A DNA stretch of 19,125 nucleotides from Tubiluchus corallicola (GCA_030141605.1 JAQGDQ010001967.1:1-19125); one strand, 5' to 3'; positions 1 to 9,499 are shown, counted from the first letter of the stretch. Notes: generated by a model not told the origin, from the sequence alone. A program made the numbers and translations.

Positions 1-832
1 TGTATATTTCATAATTGTTCTTGCAACAAGGCTTGTAATTCAGGCGAGATTTCAATTTTTAAAAGGCCATTTGTAACGAATCCTAGCTCATTAGGTATTA
101 CATATGTGATAAGTATTAATTCTTCCATCTTTTGTTTGTTAATTGTTATGTTTAATTAGATTGGAAATATTGATGACTGTGTTATTCAGCATATAATTAT
201 GTTAATCAATTTATGAACATGTTACAATTTTTAATGGCAGTTTGTTCCAATTTTCGATATCTGCTACGAGCAATAAGTGTCAGAAAATAATTTTTTGTGA
301 AGATGGAGCCACAGTCTAATAAGTAAACAAAAACGCCACCTATAATGTCTTAGCGATCGCATTTGCTCATATCGACATATTTACACTAGAAAGTTGAGTA
401 AACAATCCGTCGATTTTGAAATGTTTACATAATTTTTTATGGTAAATATGTAAATATTCTATGTAAATAATTGTGATTGTATGATATTGTTGTTTGTGTT
501 TTTGTTTAATTTTGCTATTGTCTTGAGTACGGAAAACCAAACGTGTTGCCTAAAACGCTGCCTTGTTCGTGTAAAAGTAATCGCTTTTAAGTTTTAAGCA
601 TCAAAAGAAATAATGCTCAGAATTTTTGGTTTTTATTTTAAACTTTATTCATTTTATTTACTTGTACTTGAACTGGGCCTGAAGTTTTCACCAGTATGAA
701 ATATACCTCAGTTTTACTAGATGTTACGGTTGTGTTAGTAATTATTGGAAGGTGAATTTTACACACACGTGATAGGTTGAGTGGTATACTATGTCTGTGA
801 AGTTTTTTTATAGTTATTTATGTAAAGTACCG

Positions 833-1325
833 ATCACAATGGTAATGGTTATGATAGGATGCAGTGGTGGTTCGTGTGTAGGTACTGTGGAACTGCAGCA
901 CCCCCTGTTTTAACTCATTGTTATCGATAACATTCAATATAATAAGTCTTTTGTCTTGAGTTCTTTCTTTATACTTGTACAGAACTGGAGCACGTGAGGG
1001 TAGTACAATTTGCTTCACAGCCCCAAGCAGTGTGGTGTTTGGCTGTTGTGCGCATGCGGCTATGCACACATGTCTGAGATAAGATGCTGTACTTTAGGTA
1101 GAAAGAGTACTGTCGCTCACTGCAGTACGTGTTCTCAGTTGTCACGTGCTTAAAAGCCGCGTATCGGCAAATTCTTGAACTGCGACAATTTAGGCTATTC
1201 GTAAGGAAACAATATATTTTGTTTAGGAGTTTATCAAGTTTATTTATAACGTTTGCTTATTAGTAAAAAATTTCAATTACAATATTAAAATTACACGTGT
1301 TTGTTTCGGTTTACACAGTATTAAA
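833..1325 (+). repeat. Diverged direct duplicate of the left part of the hAT-like element at 1383-1715, including about 30 bp of its flank
   Basis: 833-929 (gatcacaatggtaatgg...cagtggtggttc...ttatcg) matches 1353-1446. 1097-1310 (ggtagaaagagtactgtcgctcac...aaaattacacgtgtttgtttcg) matches 1446-1648. This copy has about 170 extra bp between the two blocks. Confidence 0.75.
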
Positions 1326-1382
1326 ACAATGCCTGAAAATTTTTTAATTACTGATCACAATGATAATGGTTGTAATAGGATG

Positions 1383-1715
1383 CAGTGGTGGTTCTTGTAT
1401 AGGTACTGTGTAACTTCAGCACCCCTATTTTCACTAATTATTATCGGTAGAAAAAGTACTGTCGCTCACACAGTTTGTTGTCAGTTGTCACGCGCTTACC
1501 GTGAATGGATCAAGCTTGAAATGTGACAATTTAGGTTATTAGTAAACAAAAAATATTTTTATCAAGTTCATGCGTAAACGTTCATACGTTTGTTTGTTTA
1601 AAATTACAATTATAAATTACAACATTAAAATTACACATGTTTGTTTCGTATAAAAAAATAGCTAAAAATTTTCTGAAGCAGCACCCCCACTAATTTTAGC
1701 TATGAGTTGCCACTC
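1383..1715. mobile_element. Non-autonomous hAT-like DNA transposon (MITE), degraded
   Basis: Ends CAGTGGTGGTTC... and ...GAGTTGCCACTC form an imperfect inverted repeat. Flanks ATAGGATG (1375-1382) and ATTGGATG (1716-1723) match at 7/8, consistent with an 8-bp target site duplication (TSD). A CAGCACCCC motif occurs near both ends. Confidence 0.6.
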
Positions 1716-2040
1716 ATTGGATGAATGTGAATTTTATACCCAGTTAGTCGTATTTGGAAACTTCTACACTTTTGCATCTTATATGAAAGCTGTATCGATA
1801 CTTTGTTTATTATTTACATACCTGATAATATACGTATCAATGTAAATTTCAGAGATTTGCTAATATGCCACTATATAGAGTCTTCGAGTGTATTGATTTG
1901 TTTATCTGATTTTTCTGTTTGTAAACAAATACTGTATCTAGGTCAAAGATCAGTGTTTGGAATAGTGAAAATATCCAGGTTATGCCTGAAGTTTGTTTAG
2001 CATATTATACTACTGAATTTTTTCCTGTATTGTTGGTGTA

Positions 2041-2395
2041 TAGGGGCGGGCATCAAATGTTCGAGTTCGATTCGAACCTAAATTTATAGATTCGAATAGT
2101 TCGGCATTTTAGTCACATAGGTTTCTTTATCATTAAAATGTTTGAAACAGCATGCAATTAGCAGAATTTAGCTGCAGTTTCTGTACAAAACTTTTAACAA
2201 ACTAATAGCGGTTTTACCGCAGAACGAAATCAAGTAATATGCAAGATCTTTGCAAGACCACTTTTTACTAGTGGTTCGAAAATGTGTCAAACTCAATTCG
2301 GTTTCAAAATGTCGAAATTTGGTTCGATTCGAATTCGAAAGTCACAAATTCGATTCAATTCGAATTTGCTTCCTGGTAGAGAATGCTCACCCCTA
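2041..2395 (+). mobile_element. Non-autonomous hAT-like MITE (TAGGGG...CCCCTA termini), copy 1
   Basis: Terminal inverted repeats (TIRs) TAGGGGCGGGCAT and ATGCTCACCCCTA. Clusters of TTCGA(A) subterminal motifs at both ends. Flanks TTGGTGTA and TTGGTGAT resemble an 8-bp TSD. A homologous inverted copy lies at 16674-17043. Confidence 0.8.
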
Positions 2396-2499
2396 TTGGT
2401 GATATACAGTTTATGTAAAAGTTCTGTAATAATTTATAATTGTGTTGATTATGTACAGTATCTTCATAGCAGTACGTACGGTATTCCCTTTGTACCGCC

Positions 2500-2628
2500 A
2501 TGAACTACACTGTACCATTAATGTAGACATTTTTCATGTTTATGAACTGCACTGTACCATTAATGTAGACATTTTTCATGTTTATGAACTGCACTGTACC
2601 ATTAATGTAGACATTTTTGATGTTTATG
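2500..2628. repeat. 42-bp tandem repeat, 3 copies
   Basis: Unit atgaactgcactgtaccattaatgtagacatttttcatgttt starts at 2500, 2542 and 2584. Confidence 0.95.
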
Positions 2629-3050
2629 TCAAATTTGTAGGTTAATTGCCATATGCTAACAATAAATGGAAATGATAATGCTAAAAACAGTAAAAAGACG
2701 GTTATTTTTTGCTTTATAACGAGACAGTGCGTTTTTTTTGGACCACAGAAGACCTTGACTAACTGCGGATGAAGCCAGGAAGCCCTTCTGGCACTTTCCT
2801 TGGTTTTTTAATCTTTTTACACTTACAATTCTGCATACATTTACTAACTGACTAAATGACTGACTAACTCACTCACTGCAGTCACTTATTCAAAGTCACC
2901 GTCTACCCCATTAAAGTCTATGCTATCCCCATTAATCTATTCTATGTCTGGTACCCGAGTATGGTTGCTTGACTTATTGTAATTTTTGAGCTGTCCCACT
3001 CAAGATTACTATCTTCTGCTCTGAAATCCATCTCCAATCCGAAGGCGGAC

Positions 3051-3310
3051 CAGTGCAACATGCTCACTGACTGCTGCAGCCAACCTGGTGTCAAACGTAT
3101 TGCTCCGCTTTCCTTTGGACTACACCAGCAAGGAAGAGCGGGGGTTCCTGTGGTCTGGGCAACTCAGGATCTCAATACACCTTGCCCAGGCGTGCACCCT
3201 GGAGACGTTCAAGGATCATAGTCGATGCTGCAGCTCCATCAATGTGATCAATAACTGACTCTCTTGGCGCACACTCCATTGTCTTCCGAGACAGAAGGAT
3301 GCCAACCAAC
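3051..3310 (+). mobile_element. RTE-clade LINE-derived non-autonomous retroelement fragment; same body as the SINE at 12107-12522 but without the 5S head
   Basis: Aligns with the reverse complement of about 12113-12387 (cctttggactacacca...gggcaactcaggatctc...ctccattgtcttccgagacagaaggatgccaac). The 3' end resembles RTE LINE tails as I recall them. Confidence 0.75.
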
Positions 3311-3654
3311 CGGTACAGCTCCAAGGCTAGAAATTGTTAAAATGCTGCCAATTATGATCGGTCAACAGGCAGAGATGTCTAACAACTAGGACCGAATGAA
3401 TACGATATGATATGAAGCAGCTTTTACTTCATAAATTTAGTTCTTCGAGTTGTAAAAGTTTACAAAATTTTGTGTTTTTTATCGTGCAAAACTTTGTATT
3501 TCTACTGCTGAGCATGCTAGGCTAAGTAGTAGTATAAAACATGCACGCACACACGTCTCTACTGTCTACTAATGGACCGTTTTAACTTTGTAAAGTCTAC
3601 TGTTCTAAAAAGGCTAATTTTCCTTCACCTCATAGCACCTCTTTGCCACATACC

Positions 3655-5055
3655 TCAAGCCAATATGTCAGCTATTATTCTAATAATATCTCTGTAAATC
3701 AACACCAAATTTTCGTTTCTGTCCGTGCTGCCATCTATGTAAATCATATCCACCTTGGCTTTCTCTAAATCTGCTTTGTTTTTTAAGTACATCGGCCAAG
3801 CCACTTTGTCAAAGTAATCGCTCGGTATGAGCGGGGAATACTCCCTGTTTTTTCTTCTTTCCTTGCATTTATTGTAGGGTAAAACGAAGAAGTAGCGAAG
3901 ATCAAGTAATCTTTCCAACGGTGCGTAGTTAAAGATCATTATACCATCAACAATAACAAGTTTAACTTCGCTAATATTTAATGAATTTAACGTGATGTGG
4001 TGCAGTTTTTTTAGATCATCACATGCCTTGAACAATTCTTCATTGAAGATATCGTCTTCTTCGTTACTTTGTGTGTTTTCAATGTCATTGTTACTTGTAT
4101 CATCTGCATTAGTGCTGTAATGTGTGCTCTCTACATGATCATTGCTTATATCATCCGTCTTTGAGCTTTTATGATCTAGTTTCATTAGTTCATCACACGA
4201 CTTGAACAGTTCTACGTTGAAGATATCGTCTTCTTTGTTACTTTGTGTGTTTTTGACATCATCATTACTTCTTTCACCTGCCTTAATTCCGTAGTTTGTG
4301 TTCTCAATGTGATCATTGCATATATCATCACCCTTAGAGCTGTTATGATGCAGTTCTTTTAGTTCATCATATGATCTGTACGGTTCTTCGTTGAAGATAT
4401 CATGTTTTTCATTACCTTGTGTGTTTTTAACATCATCGTTACTTCTTTCACCTGCTTTAATTCCATAGTTTGTGTTCTCAATGTGATCATTACTCAAATC
4501 ATCATCTTTAGAGCTGTTATGATGCAGTTCTTTTAGCTCCTCATATGATCTATATGGTTCTTCGTTGAAGATATCATGTTCTTCATTACCTTGTCTGTTT
4601 TCACTATCATTGTGACTTATGTCATCTGCACTAGTACTGTTACATGATTTGTGATGCAGTTTCCATATAGGATCATCATCAATGTCGATATTTTCGATAC
4701 CCAACACCTCAGATCTCTGTTCCCCTTCCACGAAAACTTTTAAATTTTTCGCCGTTTCAGTTTTTGTCGTTTTTCTTCCTTCTCGAAGTTTCATTCTGCA
4801 CGATTGTTCGCTCGTTGCCATTTCTTTTCTTACGTCCCGCGTCAGTTTGGCAAAATCCACCGCCGTTACCGTATCCATGTTCATGTAATTCACTTCCGCC
4901 ACCCACTCGTGTCCCTCCCACTGCGTGTCGAAGTGGTAGTAGTCGTCAGCGCAGAAGTACGCGCTGTTCTGAAACAGGAACCGCAATCGCCGAGCGACGG
5001 TCGACTTTCCACCGTTGGTGACGCCACCGAGGCCAATCACAATGCACCTCTTCAT
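3655..5055 (-). CDS. NMRK1: Nicotinamide riboside kinase family protein, paralogue A (466 aa) with a large acidic repeat insertion
   Basis: P-loop VIGLGGVTNGGKST, catalytic ADDYY, NMD..TAVDF, then after the insert VIVDGIMIFNY, YFFVLPYNKCKERRKNREY, YFDKVAWPMYLK and IYIDGS. These are colinear with human NRK1 motifs (GVTNSGKT, QDDFF, IIEGFLLFNY, YFDGHVWPMYLK). NMRK1 versus NMRK2 orthology cannot be resolved. Confidence 0.93.
   Translation of the reverse strand: MKRCIVIGLGGVTNGGKSTVARRLRFLFQNSAYFCADDYYHFDTQWEGHEWVAEVNYMNMDTVTAVDFAKLTRDVRKEMATSEQSCRMKLREGRKTTKTETAKNLKVFVEGEQRSEVLGIENIDIDDDPIWKLHHKSCNSTSADDISHNDSENRQGNEEHDIFNEEPYRSYEELKELHHNSSKDDDLSNDHIENTNYGIKAGERSNDDVKNTQGNEKHDIFNEEPYRSYDELKELHHNSSKGDDICNDHIENTNYGIKAGERSNDDVKNTQSNKEDDIFNVELFKSCDELMKLDHKSSKTDDISNDHVESTHYSTNADDTSNNDIENTQSNEEDDIFNEELFKACDDLKKLHHITLNSLNISEVKLVIVDGIMIFNYAPLERLLDLRYFFVLPYNKCKERRKNREYSPLIPSDYFDKVAWPMYLKNKADLEKAKVDMIYIDGSTDRNENLVLIYRDIIRIIADILA
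3995..4665 (-). repeat. In-frame 174-bp (58-aa) coding tandem repeat, about 3.5-4 copies, inside NMRK paralogue A
   Basis: ttgaagatatc (DIFN on the minus strand) occurs at 4043, 4217, 4391 and 4565, an exact 174-bp spacing, and the frame stays open. Confidence 0.92.
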
Positions 5056-6221
5056 TGTTTTTATTTTTCTTCTTCTACTTTCTCTGTTGTACTATGCAGA
5101 TAGAACTGTCGTTTCCTTTAGCACATGAGCAAAGTAAATTAAAGTGTGTGGTAGTTCATTCATGTAGATTTGTTAGGTACCAGGCATTTGTACAAGAACT
5201 TAAGATAAACTCTTTTCACATTCTTCACTGCAAGCACTTCCTGTAGTACTTCCTGTAGTTTGATTACCAGGGCTTGAGAAAGAAGCAGTTGCGTAATGCA
5301 AATTCTGTACAGAGTTATACAGAGTACTGAATCTCTTGCTGTAAGGCTGCTGAACTTATTCATAAATAACATACCACTTTGTGATTTAGACTGGTCAGTG
5401 GTCAAGATCGTTCTGACCAGCATGGTGATCTCGACAACCCTTGCTTATGAAATTTCAGTAAATAGAGATTGTATTTGTAGCACTGTTTTATAAAAACTAA
5501 CTTTATTACTAATATAGGCCTACAATTTTAGATAAATTTGCTCTCGTATGTAAAGTTAGTTCAGTTCACCATTATTCTGGTAAAATTTCGGCTCCTTAAT
5601 TTACCCTGTGAATCAAGCTTTAGGGTTAATATGTGCACAGTTAACTCTCCTTTTCTAACAGTCTGCTTGTGACTTTTGGCCTGTATTATCATCACTTGTT
5701 ACTCACACAAATATCTGCCCAGTTGAGGTCAGTAGTCCAACTATGTGTAAACACAGTTTTGCATAACACAAAGTTTTATTTTCCTTGTGTGGTATGTTAT
5801 TAATGAATTTAATAGACTGAATTTTACCTATAATATTGCAAAGCAAAACGTAATTTTTGTGATATTGTGTTGTGCAATAATTTCTGTTTTGTCTAAACTA
5901 TTGCTTCAACATCTTATTTTAAGCAGTCTATATTATGTAATGAATAAAGACAATATGGGGCATCTTTGCTGTGCATCTCTCATGTGTTTTCTACCCTCCT
6001 TTCCTTATACTTGAGTAAGGTCCTTTTAAGTTCTGTTCCTATATGATATTTCGTTATATTTTTGTTTTGTTTTTTTTTACTTAAAAGGTATGCCATCAAG
6101 TATCTTAATTCTCATTTCTATTCAAATTATGATTTTTTTTTTACTAATTTTGCAGCCATTTTGTCGCTTTTATGTCATTTATTACGTTCCTCATTTGTTT
6201 CAGAAGTTACATGGCATTCGG

Positions 6222-6836
6222 ATGGAAAGAAATTGCATTGTGATCGGTCTGGGCGGCGTTACGAACGGCGGAAAAACAACGGTTGCTAAGCAACTACTGA
6301 ACTCGTTTCCCAATAGCGTTTTGCTTAGCGCCGACAAGTACTACAATCTCGACTGCGGCTGGCCGGGACATACGCTCGTTCCGGAGTTAAATTACGTGAA
6401 TTTTGACGCCGTAACCGCACTCGATTTTCCGCAACTTACCAAAGACTTGCTAGAAGAAATTGATAAGTGTTCAGTTCAGTTTTCGTCAGACAAGATAACA
6501 TCGACCGTAGATTCTGTTAGAGTCGTAATCGTTGACGGCATACTGATTTTCAATTACCAACCTCTAAACAAACTTTTTGAGAGGCGTTACTTCTTCACAC
6601 TGCCATACGCCGAGTGCATTAAACGTCGAAAGTCTCGCACCTACCCCACTGTCACAATCCCTCCCCCTGAAACATATTTTGACAAAGTGGTTTGGCCCAT
6701 GTACTTGAAGAACAAGCACGAATTAGAAGCTCTCAATGTACCATTGACATACGTTGATGGAACGCTCGACGTAAATGATTGTTATCGCATTGTCTATGAA
6801 GACATTGTTAGTTTGCTCAGATCGCATTGTCTATGA
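6222..6836 (+). CDS. NMRK1: Nicotinamide riboside kinase family protein, paralogue B (204 aa from ATG 6222)
   Basis: MERNCIVIGLGGVTNGGKTT, SADKYY, NFDAVTALDF, VIVDGILIFNYQPL, YFFTLPYAECIKRRKSRTY, YFDKVVWPMYLK. The start is placed by alignment to paralogue A (MKRCIVIG). A good acceptor (cctcatttgtttcag, ending 6203) lies just upstream, so the ORF-track extension from 6090 is probably intronic. Confidence 0.93.
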   Translation: MERNCIVIGLGGVTNGGKTTVAKQLLNSFPNSVLLSADKYYNLDCGWPGHTLVPELNYVNFDAVTALDFPQLTKDLLEEIDKCSVQFSSDKITSTVDSVRVVIVDGILIFNYQPLNKLFERRYFFTLPYAECIKRRKSRTYPTVTIPPPETYFDKVVWPMYLKNKHELEALNVPLTYVDGTLDVNDCYRIVYEDIVSLLRSHCL

Positions 6837-7227
6837 AGACATTGTTAGTTTGCTCAGATCGCATTGTCTATGAAGACATTGTTAGTTTGCTTAGATCGCA
6901 TTGTCTATGAAGACATTGTTAGTTTGCTTAGATCGCATTGTCTATGAAGACATTATTAGTTTGCTTAGATCGCATTGTCTATGAAGACATTGTTAGTTTG
7001 CTTAGATCGCATTGTCTATGAAGACATTGTTAGTTTGCTCAGATCGCATTGTCTATGAAGACATTGTTAATTTGCTGAGATCGCATTGTCTATGAAGACA
7101 TTGTTATTTTACTCAGATCGCATTGTCTATGAAGACATTGTTAATTTGCTGAGATCGCATTGTCTATGAAGACATTGTTATTTTACTCAGATCGCATTGT
7201 CTATGAAGACATTGTTAATTTGTTCAG
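6784..7227 (+). repeat. 37-bp minisatellite, 12 copies, beginning inside the NMRK-B CDS and supplying its stop codon
   Basis: Unit atcgcattgtctatgaagacattgttagtttgctcag; first copy at 6784, second at 6821, last at 7191. Confidence 0.96.
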
Positions 7228-7345
7228 ACAAGAAATTTGGTAGAGTGTATTGGGAAGGAGTGTACGAACTGTTCCTGCAGTTGCCCTTTTTCGACACGTT
7301 GTTATCACTCTATTACAGCCTTTCTTGACAAAGTGCAGTGCTTAC

Positions 7346-7576
7346 CTGCATAAGCGATCACTTCTGTTTTGTTTTTTTAAAAACGCTGATAGACAGCATG
7401 CAGGCGATTGCTCCAGGGTGCCTTCTGAGAAATCCTTGCTGCCGTGCATTTTTTAAAAACGTTATAACGCGAGACTGTTCTCGAACGTGATTACAGTCAA
7501 AAGATCGACTTATAATATCGTGCAGCCTAGCGTTTTATTGTGATAAGAAAACCGCAAAGGTTCGTAGACGTCAGAA
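7346..7576. promoter_or_regulatory. Probable CCNQ promoter/5'UTR, possibly bidirectional with a minus-strand first exon ending at 7346
   Basis: CpG-rich relative to the flanks and directly upstream of the CCNQ ATG. cttacctg at 7341-7348 reads CAG|GTAAG on the minus strand, preceded by an ATG at 7351-7349. Confidence 0.45.
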
Positions 7577-7712
7577 ATGGACCCGGCCAGCATGAGGTCA
7601 CCGTCCAGCATCACCAGTATGAGTCCGTTTTCCCAGAGTCCTAGAGGAAGCGGAATTTTCAGCAGCGTGTTTCGGGATCATTTTCTAGTCGCTCGATTCA
7701 TCAAAGATTGCG
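7577..7712 (+). CDS. CCNQ: Cyclin-Q (cyclin M/FAM58A) coding exon 1 of 6
   Basis: MDPASMRSPSSITSMSPFSQSPRGSGIFSSVFRDHFLVARFIKDC(G), compare human HFRVARFIMEAG. Donor G|gtaaat, 136 nt, phase 1. In-frame ATGs at 7592 and 7619 are alternative starts. Confidence 0.88.
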
Positions 7713-8836
7713 GTAAATCCTACTTATTCATTTGTTAGGTCAACAGTAAATGCGTGCTTGTAAAGCAAAGCCGTCTGTAAGTCGGCATAGTTAAAACTAC
7801 GTTATGGTGCTTCAAAAATTTGGTCAAATGCTAATTTCTTCTTTTTGTAAAAACAAGCTCTAAATATATTGGATTTTTATATTCTAGCATCAAATTATCA
7901 AGAAAATATTCAACAAATAATAAAAATTTAATTTTATAACTCCTTACCGACTTTTCTGTCTAGAAACTAGCACTGCAATGTAAAAAAACTTGTGTTTTCT
8001 ATCTCCGATTGTAGTTGGTGGAAGCAGCCATTTTGCTTCGGGTTTTTTCTGTTGTCAAGACCAGATCTTCGTCAGGAAGAGTCATCTACTGGATTTAAGC
8101 ATAACTTCGACTTGCTTTTGCAAAATCCATAGCAACCAACATTTGTGCAGTTGCTAAGTATTTTGTTGAGATGCGACAAAAAGCAATGACTAACTTTAAC
8201 AGTGATTTTCTCAAGATTAAGTTTTTCAGTGTGCAGCCTGCACCTCAACTTCAACGTGGATTATCTCAGCTTAGAAATAACATAGAGTGATGAACTTGGT
8301 ATCAAAATGATCCTCATGAAATGGAGATTCAAGATATGTGAATAACTAGAAAAGTTTAACTGCCAAATTATGGACGATTTTGCTATGCAAGCACACAATT
8401 AATTTTGTTTATGGGAATAGTCATTGATTTGGTTATTTTTCGTTTTTTAACTTACTCACCATAGAGTAAACTACAAGCCAGAACCCAGCAGTTAATGGTA
8501 AAGCCTGTGGCACGTCAAGAATGACCTTCTAAGATGAGCCACTGCACTGAGAGACGTGCCTTTAACCATATTCTAGTGTGAATAGAATCTCCCTCAATGA
8601 AATAAATAAAATCGTTATGACGAGTGAAACCACTAAATGCGAGTTTCGAACCCTGCCAGTCACGAGCCATTCGTGCAAAGCATAATAGCATGACATCTTG
8701 GCTGTTCACTTGCGCTAGAAAAATTGTTCGTAGTTTTCTTAGAAAAACGGCATTGCAGTTTAACGTAGTATATGTAATGTTAGAATATAGTGTTATATTC
8801 AGATAAAGTTATAAATTTGTTAATTTTATGCCGCAG

Positions 8837-9020
8837 GCGTAAGATTGAAAATGAAAGCCATTCCTCTCGCCACCGCTGCTGCCATCTACTTCCGTTTCTT
8901 CAAGGAATGTTCTCCCAAAGACTATGATCCGTACTTGGTTGCCATGACAGCGCTGTACCTCGCGTCCAAAGTGGAGGAAAACATTTTGAAAATAAGAGAC
9001 GTGATCAACGTGGCTCACAA
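8837..9020 (+). CDS. CCNQ: Cyclin-Q coding exon 2
   Basis: ccgcag| (G)VRLKMKAIPLATAAAIYFRFFKECSPKDYDPYLVAMTALYLASKVEENILKIRDVINVAH |gtaaga. Contains the cyclin-box YLASKVEE motif; 184 nt. Confidence 0.96.
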
Positions 9021-9140
9021 GTAAGAAGCTAGATTTATTTAAATTTTATTCAGTTAGATTTTTTTATTATTGCCGCTACTGCAGACCAAAATCCAGGAAT
9101 AGCAGCCATTTAGTAAGAGACATGGGAAACCAATTTGTAA

Positions 9141-9389
9141 GTATTAATTGATGTTTACAGTGTTATGTGTTTGGTGCAAAAGGTTTCTGTTATTGCCACG
9201 CACAGTCATTAGTCGGATAATGTATTGTGTCGGAGTTTTTCTGTCATGTGACAATGTACTACACGTATTAATAGTTGTTTACAGTGTTACGTGTTTGGTG
9301 CAAAAGGTTTCTCTGATTGCCACGCACAGTCATTAGTCGGAGAATGTACCGTGTCGGAATTTTTCTGTCATGTGACAATGTACTACACG
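9141..9389. repeat. 124-bp tandem duplication (2 copies) in CCNQ intron 2
   Basis: gtattaat...tttacagtgtta...gtgacaatgtactacac begins at 9141 and again at 9265. Confidence 0.9.
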
Positions 9390-9499
9390 ATGTGTAAGTT
9401 TACTATTTAGAAATGGATTTGTCTGTAAAACGCTAGCAAATATTTTTGTCATAGATCCCGACACTGTAAAAAATGAGTTAATATGATTTGCGTTTCTAG

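Noticed and set aside
1-830. AT-rich left end of the window, and the other short 60-99 aa ORFs in the track
   Set aside because: No recognisable protein motifs or consistent exon structure. The short ORFs elsewhere mostly overlap TEs, repeats or the antisense strand of real exons.
6090-6221. Hydrophobic N-terminal extension (signal or transmembrane-like) on NMRK-B
   Set aside because: T-rich intron-like DNA ending in a strong acceptor at 6203; paralogue A and known NRKs begin at the equivalent of ATG 6222.
6525-6539. Asp in place of human NRK1 Glu98 (VIVDG) in both paralogues as a sign of inactivation
   Set aside because: As I recall, active yeast Nrk1 also has VIVDG, so Asp is tolerated. 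The P-loop and the Asp36 and Asp56 equivalents are intact.
7790-8570. Possible TTAA-flanked (Kolobok-like) DNA transposon relic in CCNQ intron 1
   Set aside because: It looks repeat-like (ttaaaactac..., ...gacgtgcctttaa), but I could not pair TIRs or find a second copy.
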